Assembly (NCBI GenBank): GCA_049510745.1
Contig: JBEKYR010000030.1
Coordinates: forward strand, 1 to 58,309
Reading direction: 5' to 3'
DNA: 58,309 nucleotides
Source: Verrucomicrobiota bacterium
Lineage (GTDB): Bacteria > Verrucomicrobiota > Verrucomicrobiia > Limisphaerales > Palsa-1400
Made by a program: the position numbers and the translations under genes. The notes beneath the pieces are model-generated. The model saw only the letters and a list, made by a program, of their open reading frames with translations, had not been told where the DNA came from and did not search any database. This document shows, piece by piece, positions 19,823 through 30,050 of the stretch (the stretch's first letter is position 1; each line of letters starts with the position of its first letter).

Positions 19823-21394
19823 ATGATTCTGACGATGATTCTCTTTGCGGCGGTGGGAGCGGCGATTAGTTATCTCGCGATTCCCCTAATTCTGCGCCGG
19901 CTGTGTTTTCTCAATCGCGAGGGCAACTCGCAATTTCATCATAACCAAAAGATCGAGAAGTCGCGTCTGGGCGGGCTGGCAATGGCTGGCGCTTTCGTGG
20001 CGCTCACGATCGCCGCCGCGTTGCTCTTCCCTTTCGATGAGGCGCAAGGACGCACCGGGCGGGTCATCTTTTTCAGCGCCTTGGCTATGTTTTTGCTCGG
20101 GTTTTGGGATGATATCAAGCCGTTGGGAGCCAGGAAAAAACTGCTCGGGCAGATCGCCATTGCCTATTGCGCCTGGTGCGGTGGAATCCAGATTGAAACC
20201 CTGAGAAACCCGTTCACCCAAAATATTAGCCAATTGGGGGGATTTGGCTGCGGTTTCACCATACTTTGGCTGATTGCGATGCCGAATTTGATCAATCTGA
20301 TCGACGGGATTGACGGTTTGGCCGGGGGGATTTCACTGATGTTGATGGGCCTTCTGGCCTATGTCGGAGTTTCCGGCGCCGGCTTCTTCCCGGCGTTGTG
20401 CGCGGCAGGCATGGTGGGAGCAGTCATCGGATTTCTGCGCTACAATTTCCCGCCGGCCCAAATCTACATGGGTGACGGCGGCGCCTATTTTCTTGGTTTC
20501 CTGGTGGCGGAATTGTCCATTGTCAACTCCCACAAGGGAACGATTGTGGCCGGATTGCTGGCGCCGCTATTCGTCCTGGCGCTTCCCATCCTTGATGTCA
20601 CTCTGGCCATCACCCGGCGAGGAGTGAAGGGGTTGCCCATCTTCCGGCCCGATCGGAGTCATATACATCACAAGTTGCTGGGAATCGGCTATTCGCCCCG
20701 AAGGGCGGTCCTGACGTTGTATTTTGTCACTGTGGTTTTCCTGGTGTTTGGTGTCGCGGTCTTTTGGTCGCAGGGACGTTGGGCGCCGGTGTTGCTTGGG
20801 GTTGGCTGCCTGGCATTCATCCTCTCAGCCCGCTGGTTTAGTTTCAGCCGGGAATGGCTCGCGGTGGGCCGCGTCCTGGGGAATTCGTTTGACATGCGCG
20901 AATCCATCCATTACGCGCTGGTTTTGGAACGGTGGTTCGAGATGGAAGCCAAAAACTGTGATTCCGTGGAAAATCTCTGGTCGGACTTTCAGCTCATACT
21001 CTTGAAATTAAACTTTGCCCGGGCCAATTTGACCTTGATGGATGGCCGGCGCGAATGGAAAAGAAATGACACGCTGGACCCATTGGTATTCCTCGCGTGG
21101 AGCCGCCATGAGTTCTCTGTCGGGGAAGCTTTTTCCTTGGAACTTGCGATTGAAAGCGATGCGCTTGACCCGGCCCTTTTTTATCATTTATCCGAGATTG
21201 CGGCCGAAGCTTGGCACAAAGCGGTGGCGAGTTGGTGCGGGCGCCACCGCCTGCCTCTGCGCTTCAAATCCCGCGCTTATCACAACAGCCCTCGCAAAGC
21301 GGGTCAAACGGGCCGCGCCTATGTTCCGCTGGTGTGGGGCCAATCCGCATCCCTCGAATCGCCGCGTCCGGCAACCGCGCGGTCTGTCGAATGA
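19823..21394 (+). CDS. wecA: MraY/WecA family undecaprenyl-phosphate HexNAc-1-phosphate transferase with a C-terminal soluble extension
   Basis: RLGGLA, LGFWDD, NLINLIDGIDGLAGG, FLRYNFPPAQIYMGDGGAYFLG, LPILDV and PDRSHIHHKL. The ORF extends to GTG 19799. Confidence 0.9.
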   Translation: MILTMILFAAVGAAISYLAIPLILRRLCFLNREGNSQFHHNQKIEKSRLGGLAMAGAFVALTIAAALLFPFDEAQGRTGRVIFFSALAMFLLGFWDDIKPLGARKKLLGQIAIAYCAWCGGIQIETLRNPFTQNISQLGGFGCGFTILWLIAMPNLINLIDGIDGLAGGISLMLMGLLAYVGVSGAGFFPALCAAGMVGAVIGFLRYNFPPAQIYMGDGGAYFLGFLVAELSIVNSHKGTIVAGLLAPLFVLALPILDVTLAITRRGVKGLPIFRPDRSHIHHKLLGIGYSPRRAVLTLYFVTVVFLVFGVAVFWSQGRWAPVLLGVGCLAFILSARWFSFSREWLAVGRVLGNSFDMRESIHYALVLERWFEMEAKNCDSVENLWSDFQLILLKLNFARANLTLMDGRREWKRNDTLDPLVFLAWSRHEFSVGEAFSLELAIESDALDPALFYHLSEIAAEAWHKAVASWCGRHRLPLRFKSRAYHNSPRKAGQTGRAYVPLVWGQSASLESPRPATARSVE

Positions 21395-21480
21395 TTGCAA
21401 CGCTTCGTCGCGGGATCCAGGGAAGGCGCCGCGCTGTCCCCCGGCCAAGTGAGGCCCGAAACGGCGCGCGCGAGGTCCCC

Positions 21481-24400
21481 ATGAAGTGGAACAGATTCCC
21501 CGCCATCTGTTTCCTGGCCTCGGGGTTGATTGGATTCGCAGCAAACGGAGCTGAGTTCACGACTTTGGCATCGTTCGCCGGAACCAACGGCGCCAATCCA
21601 ATGTCTGGACTGGTTTTAGGGCCTGACGGCGCCATCTATGGCACAACCTTCCAGGGCGGCGCGAATGGTTGGGGTTCGGTTTTCAGAATCTCGCAGTTCG
21701 TTCCTTTGACCACGGTTTATTCGTTCACCAACGGCCTCGATGGCGCCTATCCGGTCGCCGGACTGACCGTGGGGAGCGATGGCAATTTTTATGGCGCCAC
21801 TTATGACGGCGGCACCAATAATGACGGCACCATTTTCAAGCTGGCACTCAATGGAACGCTCACCACACTCCATTTCTTCGGCACAACGACCAACGCAGGC
21901 GGGTTCTCCGCGGACGGCGCCCACCCTCCAGGGAGCCTGATCCAATTCAGTGATGGCACCCTTTATGGAACAACCCAATTTGGCGGAACAAACAACGCCG
22001 GCACCCTCTTCAAGATCACCACCAACGGGGCGCTCACAACCTTGGCGCAATTTGGCGCGATGACAAACGTCCTCGGTGTCGCCTCCAACGGCGCCAATCC
22101 CGAAGCGCGACTCTGGCTGGCGACCGATGGAAATTTTTATGGAACAACGGCGTCGGCCGGCACCAACGGCACCGGCTCGATTTTTAGGATAAGCCCTAGC
22201 GGAACCTTTGCATGGTCTGTCGCTCTTTCGGCTTCAAACGCCCCGATTGGCTTTGGGGTCGTGGGAGCCGAAGTGGTTTACAACGGACCCAGAGGCGGTG
22301 TGACTCAAGGCTCTGATGGAAATCTCTATGGAATGACTTTCCAAGGCGGCACAAATGGCTCCGGTTCCATTTTCCAAGTCTCGATGAGCGGGGCCCTGGC
22401 GACCATCTATTCCTTTGGCGCCACCGCCACCAACGGTGCTGCCCCGTTCACCGATTTGGCGCTCGGCGCGGCTGGTACTTTCTACGGCACGACACAGTTC
22501 GGCGGCACTTCCAACCAAGGCACGCTTTTCGCGGTGACCACCAGCGGTGCGTTCACCAATTGGCATTCATTTAGCGGCTTTGATGGCGCGTTTCCGTCCG
22601 GCGCTGTGGCGCAAGACGCGAGCGGCAACTTTTACGGCACCACCTTTGCCGGAGGCGCAAGCGGACAGGGCACGATTTTCCTCTTCAATACTTCGTCCTT
22701 GCCGCCACCCGGAATTGCCAGCGCCTCGCCTTCGGTTGGTCCGATTGCCGGCGGAACGACGGTCACCATTCTGGGAACAAACTTTCAAAGTGGAGCGACG
22801 GTGTCCTTTGGGGGTATCGCCGCGGCCTCCGTCACAGTCAATAACAGCACCAACATAACAGCGGCATCGCCTGCGCAAGGCGCCGGCCTGGTCAATGTTA
22901 TCGTCGCCAATCCGGATGGACAAGCTGTGGCCTTGACGAATGGGTTTGACTATCAGGCCACCCCGACGGTCAGTTGGACCGCGCCGGCCGCCATCACCTA
23001 CGGGACTGCGTTAGGCGCCGCACAATTAAACGCCAGCGCGACCGTGGCTGGCGCTTTTGCCTACAGTCCTGCAGCGGGGACGGTGCCAAACGCGGGAACA
23101 GCAACGTTGACAGTCGTGTTTACCCCGCAAAACACGGTGGATTACACGAGCGTGACCAGCAGCGTGAGCTTGGCGGTTTCGCCTGCTCAACTCATCATCA
23201 CGCCTAACAACGCGACGCGGCAATACGGCCAAAGCAATCCGGCGTTCACCGGTTCGATCACTGGATTGCAAAATGGGGACAACATTACCGCTACCTACGC
23301 GTCAAGCGCCACAGCCTCAAGCGCCACTGGAACATACTCCATTGTTCCGACGCTGTCGGACCCGAACAATCGCCTGGGCAACTATGCCGTCACGACCAAC
23401 AATGGTTCTCTGAGCGTAACGACAGCGCCGCTCACGGTGACTGCAAACAACGCAACACGGCAATACGGCCAAAGCAATCCAGCGTTCACCGGTTCGATTA
23501 CTGGATTGCAGAATGGTGACAACATCACCGCTACCTACTCGTCAAGCGCCGCTGCGTCCAGTGTTGTTGGACTATATTCCATAGTTCCAACGCTGTCGGA
23601 CCCGAATAATCGCCTGGGCAACTACTCCGTTACGACCAACAACGGCTCCCTGACCGTCACGACCGCGCCGCTCACGGTGTCTGCAAACAACGCAACGCGG
23701 CAATACGGCCAAAGCAATCCAGCGTTCACCGGTTCGATCACTGGATTGCAAAACGGGGACAACATTACCGCTACCTACGCGTCAAGCGCCACGGTTTCCA
23801 GCGCGATTGGATCATACTCCATTGTTCCGACGCTGTCGGACCCGAACAATCGCCTGGGCAACTACGCCGTCACGACCAACAACGGTTCTCTGAGCGTAAC
23901 GACAGCGCCGCTCACGGTGACTGGCAATAACGCCACGCGGCAATACGGTCAAAGCAATCCAGCGTTCACCGGTTCGATCACTGGATTGCAGAATGGTGAC
24001 AACATCACGGCCACCTATGCGTCAAGCGCCACCGCAGCCAGCGCGATTGGATCATACTCCATTGTTCCGACACTGTCGGACCCGAACAGTCGCCTGGGCA
24101 ACTACTCTGTGACAACCAACAACGGCTCCCTGACCGTAACGACCGCGCCGCTCACGGTGACTGCAAACAACGCAACGCGGCAATACGGCCAAAGCAATCC
24201 GACTTTCACCGGTTCAATCACTGGATTGCAGAATGGTGACAACATCACCGCCACCTATGCGTCAAGCGCGACACCGTCCAGCGCCGTTGGATCATACTCC
24301 ATTGTTCCGACGCTCTCAGACCCGAACAGTCGCCTGGCCAACTACTCTGTGACAACCAACAACGGCTCCCTGACCGTCACGACCACGCCTTTGACAGTAA

Positions 24401-26091
24401 CCGCCAGTAATGCAACGCGTCAATACGGCCAAAGCAATCCGACTTTCACGGGTTCGATTGCTGGATTGAAGAACGGCGACAACATCACCGCCACCTATGC
24501 GTCAAGCGCGACACCGTCCAGCCCCGTTGGAGCGTATTCCATCGTTCCGACGCTGTCGGACCCGAACAGTCGCCTGGGCAACTACTCTGTGACAACCAAC
24601 AATGGCTCCCTGACCGTCACGACGGCGTCACTCACCGTGACTGCTAACAACGCAACGCGGCAATATGGCCAGAGCAATCCAACTTTCACGGGTTCGATTA
24701 CTGGAGTGCAGAATGGTGACAACATCACCGCCACCTATGCATCAAGCGCCACCGCAGCCAGCGCGATTGGATCATACTCCATTGTTCCGACACTGTCGGA
24801 CCCGAACAATCGCCTGGGCAACTACGCCGTCACGACCAACAACGGTTCTCTGAGCGTAACGACAGCGCCGCTCACGGTGACTGGCAACAACGCCACGCGG
24901 CAATACGGCCAAAGCAATCCAGCATTCACCGGTTCGATCACTGGATTGCAGAATGGAGACAACATCACCGCCACCTATGCATCAAGCGCCACGACATCCA
25001 GCACCATTGGAACATACTCCATTGTTCCAACGCTGTCGGACCCGAACAATCGCCTGGGCAACTACTCTGTGACAACCAACAATGGTTCCCTGACGGTCAC
25101 GACTACGCCGCTCACGGTGTCTGCAAACAACGCAACGCGGCAATATGGCCAAAGCAATCCGGCTTTCACCGGTTCGATCACTGGATTGCAGAATGGAGAC
25201 AACATCACCGCCACCTATTCGTCAAGCGCCTCAGCCTCCAGCGACGTTGGCTCATATGCGATTGTTCCAACGCTATCGGACCCGAACAATCGTCTGGGCA
25301 ACTATGCCCTCATTATAAATGATGGGACGCTCACGATCATTCCGGTCGCGATCATGGGATTGACCGGCATTTCTCCCGCGATAGGGCCGACCAACGGGGG
25401 CACGGTTGTAGCCATTCTGGGAACAAACTTTTTGACCGGAGCGACGGTGAACTTTGGTTTGCTGCCCGCCACGTCCGTGAGCGTCAATAGTGTCAGTAAC
25501 ATGACGGCGATTACACCGGCGCAGGGCGCGGGATTGGTAAATGTGGTCGTGACCAACGCAGATGGACAGGTTGCGGTCTTGACCAACGGCTTCACGTACG
25601 GAATTTCGCCCTACATTATCACCCAACCGGCGCCCCAGGCAGCCGCTGTGGCGGGGAATGTGACATTATCATTGGTCGCGGGCGGCTCCATTCCACTGAG
25701 CTATCAGTGGCTGTTGAACAGTGTCGATCTTCCAAACGCCACAAATGCCGCTCTCGCGTTGACTAATCTTCAGGCCCCCAACGCCGGCTTTTATGCGGCA
25801 GTCGTTAGCAATCTTTATGGGATTACGAATAGTTCGCCGGCCTCGGTCAGCGTCCTGGGTGTGCCGGTTTCATTCGCGGCGGACCCGGCAGCCATCGTCA
25901 ATGGACAAATCGATATTGTGCTGGACAATCTGACCGGGCAAGGAACGGTTGTGATTCAGGCATCAACAAACCTCGTGCAGTGGGTTCCTATATTCACCAA
26001 TCCTCCCGCCTTTGGCCAAGTTCAGTTCACTAATGCCATGACAAATTCGTTGATCCGATTCTACAAGGCGGTTGTCACACCGCCGCAGTGA
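21481..26091 (+). CDS. Giant secreted protein: GloVer-type tandem repeats (propeller-like), IPT/TIG, 9 MBG-like repeats, IPT/TIG, Ig, verrucomicrobial C-terminal domain
   Basis: Signal peptide MKWNRFPAICFLASGLIGFAANGA and repeated GAxPxxxLxxGxDGNFYGTTxxGG units. Also SPSVGPIAGGTTVTILGTNF (TIG), 80-aa repeats, and the IITQP...LSYQW Ig domain. Confidence 0.88.
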   Translation: MKWNRFPAICFLASGLIGFAANGAEFTTLASFAGTNGANPMSGLVLGPDGAIYGTTFQGGANGWGSVFRISQFVPLTTVYSFTNGLDGAYPVAGLTVGSDGNFYGATYDGGTNNDGTIFKLALNGTLTTLHFFGTTTNAGGFSADGAHPPGSLIQFSDGTLYGTTQFGGTNNAGTLFKITTNGALTTLAQFGAMTNVLGVASNGANPEARLWLATDGNFYGTTASAGTNGTGSIFRISPSGTFAWSVALSASNAPIGFGVVGAEVVYNGPRGGVTQGSDGNLYGMTFQGGTNGSGSIFQVSMSGALATIYSFGATATNGAAPFTDLALGAAGTFYGTTQFGGTSNQGTLFAVTTSGAFTNWHSFSGFDGAFPSGAVAQDASGNFYGTTFAGGASGQGTIFLFNTSSLPPPGIASASPSVGPIAGGTTVTILGTNFQSGATVSFGGIAAASVTVNNSTNITAASPAQGAGLVNVIVANPDGQAVALTNGFDYQATPTVSWTAPAAITYGTALGAAQLNASATVAGAFAYSPAAGTVPNAGTATLTVVFTPQNTVDYTSVTSSVSLAVSPAQLIITPNNATRQYGQSNPAFTGSITGLQNGDNITATYASSATASSATGTYSIVPTLSDPNNRLGNYAVTTNNGSLSVTTAPLTVTANNATRQYGQSNPAFTGSITGLQNGDNITATYSSSAAASSVVGLYSIVPTLSDPNNRLGNYSVTTNNGSLTVTTAPLTVSANNATRQYGQSNPAFTGSITGLQNGDNITATYASSATVSSAIGSYSIVPTLSDPNNRLGNYAVTTNNGSLSVTTAPLTVTGNNATRQYGQSNPAFTGSITGLQNGDNITATYASSATAASAIGSYSIVPTLSDPNSRLGNYSVTTNNGSLTVTTAPLTVTANNATRQYGQSNPTFTGSITGLQNGDNITATYASSATPSSAVGSYSIVPTLSDPNSRLANYSVTTNNGSLTVTTTPLTVTASNATRQYGQSNPTFTGSIAGLKNGDNITATYASSATPSSPVGAYSIVPTLSDPNSRLGNYSVTTNNGSLTVTTASLTVTANNATRQYGQSNPTFTGSITGVQNGDNITATYASSATAASAIGSYSIVPTLSDPNNRLGNYAVTTNNGSLSVTTAPLTVTGNNATRQYGQSNPAFTGSITGLQNGDNITATYASSATTSSTIGTYSIVPTLSDPNNRLGNYSVTTNNGSLTVTTTPLTVSANNATRQYGQSNPAFTGSITGLQNGDNITATYSSSASASSDVGSYAIVPTLSDPNNRLGNYALIINDGTLTIIPVAIMGLTGISPAIGPTNGGTVVAILGTNFLTGATVNFGLLPATSVSVNSVSNMTAITPAQGAGLVNVVVTNADGQVAVLTNGFTYGISPYIITQPAPQAAAVAGNVTLSLVAGGSIPLSYQWLLNSVDLPNATNAALALTNLQAPNAGFYAAVVSNLYGITNSSPASVSVLGVPVSFAADPAAIVNGQIDIVLDNLTGQGTVVIQASTNLVQWVPIFTNPPAFGQVQFTNAMTNSLIRFYKAVVTPPQ
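23185..25344 (+). repeat. Nine tandem 240-bp (80-aa) MBG-like domain repeats
   Basis: The caatacggccaaagcaatcc motif recurs with minor variants at 23221, 23461, 23701, 23941, 24181, 24421, 24661, 24901 and 25141. Confidence 0.97.
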
Positions 26092-29000
26092 TGACCCGTT
26101 TGCGAATTCCAGATGTGGCCATAGCCCTTTTCGCGCTGCTGCTCCACGCCACGATCGGTTTGGCGCAGGATTCCGCGCAAATTGATCCGGTTCTTGGCCC
26201 TGCGCCCAGGGCGCCACGCAATACCTTGGGCCTGTCGGGCAAGGGTCCGCGGAAACTGGACGTGACAGGGGGGTTCAGCGTTAACGGCAACTCGCGCGAG
26301 CAAGTGCGGCAATTCTACAATGCCGTCTATACGGCCTCCGACGGCGTCCCCCTCGATTCCACCGCCAATACCGCGAATTGCATTGCAGGCACCAACTCTG
26401 CCGCCTTTCAAAATGCCGTGCTGCTTCGCATCAACTGGTTTCGTGCCATGAGCGGGATTCCCGCGTCCGTGACTTTCTCCGCGTCCGAGAGCGCCGAGGC
26501 TCAATCCGCGGCGCTTATGATGTCGGCCAACAATCAGTTGCAGCACGACGGAATACCGACCAACTGGAGTTGCTTCAGTTCCTCTGGCACCAACGCCGCC
26601 GATTATTCCAATCTGGCCCTTGGCCTCAACGGCCCCGATGCGATCACCGGCTACATTTGGGATTATGGAGCCAGTGACGTTCAGGTGGGCCATCGCCGGT
26701 TGCTCCTCTATCCGCAAACCCAGGTGATGGCCAGCGGGGACGTGCCGGCCCAAGGAACCAACGCCGCGGCGAATGCTACTTGGATTTTCGACTCCAACTT
26801 CGGCGGACCGCGTCCCGCGACAACCGAGCCTTATGTCGCCTGGCCCCCGCCTGGATACGCGCCCTATCCTGTCGTTTTTCCGCAATGGTCCTTCGCCTTG
26901 TCCAACGCGGATTTAAGCGTGGCCTCTGTCACAATGCAAAGCAATGGAGTTCCCCTCAGCATAGTCGTCCTACCCTACCAAGCGGGAATTGAATTTGGCG
27001 AGGATACACTCGTATGGTATCCCAGCACCCTTGATCCGACCAGCTACAGCACTATTTTTCCGTTTAACGGCGCCGATACTGTCTATGCCATCACGATCAA
27101 CAATGTGAACACGTATGACGGATCCCAGAGCTTTAGCTACAACGTCACGGTTTTTGACCCGGCATTGCCCGGCGCGGACTACGTTCCTGTCACCATCAGC
27201 GGCACGAGCCTTCCCTTCCTCAATGAGAGCAATTCCTACTCCTGCACTCCATCCGCCAATCCAAACACCACCGGCTATCAATGGGTGGCGGCGCAATCCA
27301 CCAACGGCAACTTGGCTGACAATGCGCTGAACGGGTTGACGAATTTCACGATTTTTCCCCCTCCGATTTATTCGGTCATCACCAATCCGCCGGTTGGTTC
27401 GGGCCATTGCTTCCATTTAACTCACACCAACCCGGCGCCGCAGTTGCTTCAGTTCACGGAAGTATTGTTTCCCGCGACCAATACCTCGCTAAGCTTCCAA
27501 AGCCTTCTGGGCGCTGCTACTGCGAACGAAGTGGCGCGCGTGCAATTTTCCACCAATGACGGCGCCACGTGGGTGGATTTATATGCGCAGCCAGGGACCG
27601 GAGGTTCCGGCGATGGAGCCTTTGCCGCCCACACCTTGTCGCTCTCCAGTTGCGCTGGGCACATCACGTATGTGCGCTTCGATTATGACTATGTCGGCGG
27701 CTCCTATGATCCCCAAAGCTTTGCCAGCGTGGGCTGGTGCCTCAAGAATATACTGATTACAGGTGCCAGCCAATTAGTCAATTTTGCGACGAATGTTACC
27801 GTCTCGACCAACTTCAACTTTGTCCCCACCGAGCTTGGCAACTGGGTTCTTGAGGCGCGCGGAGTCATCTTCAATCAATTCGGGCTGGATTGGTCGCCAG
27901 CAAGACAGTTGCCGTTGCTGCCTCCATCCATCACGTCGGAGCCATTGAGCCAGCTCGTGGTCAGTGGATCGCCTGCAACCTTCACCGTGTCGGCGGGCGG
28001 GACGCAGCCGTTGAGTTACCAATGGCAACTCGACGGCGAACCCATCTCCAGCGCGACCAACAGCGCCTATGTCATCAACTCGGTTGTAGCCACCAATACG
28101 GGGTTTTACGGGGTGGTGGTGACTAATGCCTACGGGTCCGCGACCAGCAGCGTCGCGGAGTTGAACATCGAAACAACCAACACTCCTCATGCGTCCATTA
28201 CCGTTAAGATCACTTCACCGTCCGCCGGTGGCCGGACTAGCACGGGCGTCACAGGCAAGGCCACCGACACAAAGCTGCCGATTTGGAACGTCCTCTATTG
28301 GGTCACCAACTTCAACGAAGGCAAGACCGTCACCAGCGGCCAGGCTGTCCTGACCTCTGGACCGACCGCCACCAACTGGTCTGTCGCCAATCTTCCTCCC
28401 GGCACGAACATCATTGCTGTCCAGGCCATCGACTTGGCCTCAAACCGCTCGGCGGTCGCAACCCGCCGGTTCTTTTACGAAGAGGCCGCGCCCCTCAACC
28501 TGCTGACCCAAGGCGCCGGCAACGGCAGTATTTCGGTCAAATCGTTTGTGGCAGGCGAGAAGCCCTCGACCAATGCGCTGAACATCGGCGAAGAATACCA
28601 GATTGCCGCCAAACCGGATGCCCATTCGCTCTTCGGCGGCTGGACTGTGACGACGACCAACAATTCCGTCTCGACCAATCGCGCGGCCATCAACTTTATC
28701 ATGGAATCGAGCCTCAGCATTACCGCCGATTTCCAAACCAATGTCTATCTTGCGGCCTCCGGCACGTACAACGGCCTTTTTGCGGTCAACAACATGATCA
28801 ACGAGGTCACCGAAGACACCGCCGGATTCCTCGGCGGATTGGTCATTCGCACCAACGGCGATTACAGCGGCAAATTGTGGATTGACGGCTCCGGCCACGC
28901 CATCAGCGGCATCTTTGACGCGTATGGCGAAGCTGCCCATAAGATTTCCCGTGCCGGCGGAGCCGTGCTGCTGGAGATGACAATGGATGCCACCAGGAAT

Positions 29001-29768
29001 CCACCGCAGATTTTCGGCACGGTTTCGGGAACCAATAGCGGAACGGCCTGGACCGCCGACCTCACGGCTGACCGCGCCGCCAACAACTGGCCCGCGGCCG
29101 AATACACGATGCTGATCCCGCCCGGAACCAACGCGCCACCCACCAATTCACCCGGTGGCTACGGCTACGCGTTGATCACCAATTCGGGGGCCAGCGCCAA
29201 GGTCCTGAATACGGCCAAAATCAGCGGCGCATTGGCCGACGGCACAACCTTTAGCCAAACGGTGACCGTTTCCGAAGACGGTTACGTGCCCTTCTACGAC
29301 AGGCTCTACGGCAACAAGGGCCTGCTGCTGGGTTGGATAAACCTGGAGATCACCAACACGACGGGCGTTGGCCTGGCCTGGATTCACCCCAAGACCAGCA
29401 GCGGCCGGTACAAGAGCGGCTTTACCAATATCGTTCCCGGCACCCAAGTTGAACTTTCGCCGTGGATCAGCCCGCCGACGGGCCTTGCCATCCTGACGAA
29501 CCTGGTCATTTCCGACACTATCTCCGACTCCACCGATCTGTTCGACTTCGGGGTGAGTTTCAGCAAGACCTTCACAATGAGCAAAGAGTCCGGCACGGGA
29601 TTCCTGACCGGATCGATCAATCCCAAGAACGGCCTGTTGAAAGTGACCTTCGGCGGCAGTTCAACCAAGACGACGAATGGTTTCGGCGCCGTCTTGCAGA
29701 ACGCCACCCATGGCGGCGGTTATTTCCTGACCCACACCAACGGCCAAGCCATCCAATTGGAACCATGA
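26091..29768 (+). CDS. Secreted CAP (SCP-like) domain protein with Ig-like domains
   Basis: Signal peptide, then INWFRAMSGIP...AQSAALMMSANNQLQH...SNLALG...VGHRRLLLYP (CAP) and PPSITSEP...LSYQWQLDG (Ig). TGATG coupling to the upstream gene. Confidence 0.82.
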   Translation: MTRLRIPDVAIALFALLLHATIGLAQDSAQIDPVLGPAPRAPRNTLGLSGKGPRKLDVTGGFSVNGNSREQVRQFYNAVYTASDGVPLDSTANTANCIAGTNSAAFQNAVLLRINWFRAMSGIPASVTFSASESAEAQSAALMMSANNQLQHDGIPTNWSCFSSSGTNAADYSNLALGLNGPDAITGYIWDYGASDVQVGHRRLLLYPQTQVMASGDVPAQGTNAAANATWIFDSNFGGPRPATTEPYVAWPPPGYAPYPVVFPQWSFALSNADLSVASVTMQSNGVPLSIVVLPYQAGIEFGEDTLVWYPSTLDPTSYSTIFPFNGADTVYAITINNVNTYDGSQSFSYNVTVFDPALPGADYVPVTISGTSLPFLNESNSYSCTPSANPNTTGYQWVAAQSTNGNLADNALNGLTNFTIFPPPIYSVITNPPVGSGHCFHLTHTNPAPQLLQFTEVLFPATNTSLSFQSLLGAATANEVARVQFSTNDGATWVDLYAQPGTGGSGDGAFAAHTLSLSSCAGHITYVRFDYDYVGGSYDPQSFASVGWCLKNILITGASQLVNFATNVTVSTNFNFVPTELGNWVLEARGVIFNQFGLDWSPARQLPLLPPSITSEPLSQLVVSGSPATFTVSAGGTQPLSYQWQLDGEPISSATNSAYVINSVVATNTGFYGVVVTNAYGSATSSVAELNIETTNTPHASITVKITSPSAGGRTSTGVTGKATDTKLPIWNVLYWVTNFNEGKTVTSGQAVLTSGPTATNWSVANLPPGTNIIAVQAIDLASNRSAVATRRFFYEEAAPLNLLTQGAGNGSISVKSFVAGEKPSTNALNIGEEYQIAAKPDAHSLFGGWTVTTTNNSVSTNRAAINFIMESSLSITADFQTNVYLAASGTYNGLFAVNNMINEVTEDTAGFLGGLVIRTNGDYSGKLWIDGSGHAISGIFDAYGEAAHKISRAGGAVLLEMTMDATRNPPQIFGTVSGTNSGTAWTADLTADRAANNWPAAEYTMLIPPGTNAPPTNSPGGYGYALITNSGASAKVLNTAKISGALADGTTFSQTVTVSEDGYVPFYDRLYGNKGLLLGWINLEITNTTGVGLAWIHPKTSSGRYKSGFTNIVPGTQVELSPWISPPTGLAILTNLVISDTISDSTDLFDFGVSFSKTFTMSKESGTGFLTGSINPKNGLLKVTFGGSSTKTTNGFGAVLQNATHGGGYFLTHTNGQAIQLEP

Positions 29769-29849
29769 ACCCTTCGCAACAAAAGGTTAAATATACTGGC
29801 TTCAAGATGGCTGTAACAGGCAAAAAATGGTCTTTCACCATTATGCACT

Positions 29850-30050
29850 GCATTAAAAGCCTTGTCGCAGTCGAACAAGAGCACCCCCTTCGTCCAGGTT
29901 CTTGATTTTGCTCAGCGATACACCGCCGCCATCCAATGGGCAGATTTCGACAAGGCCAGGGCAGATTTGCAGGCGACTCACGCATTCTTGGACGCGAACG
30001 AGGCGGATGACAATGGGATTCGGCTAGTTTTGCCGAAGAATGTCAGTTGA
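29850..30050 (+). pseudogene. C-terminal remnant of a Fic-family protein
   Basis: The frame reads ALKALSQSNKSTPFVQVLDFAQRYTAAIQWADFDKARADLQATHAFLDANEADDNGIRLVLP, which I recall as the tail of large Fic proteins. No catalytic HPFxDGNGR part lies upstream. Confidence 0.5.

Noticed and set aside
23185..25344. Regular repeat array as a possible CRISPR
   Set aside because: The 240-bp units are in frame within a CDS, with no unique spacers and no cas genes.
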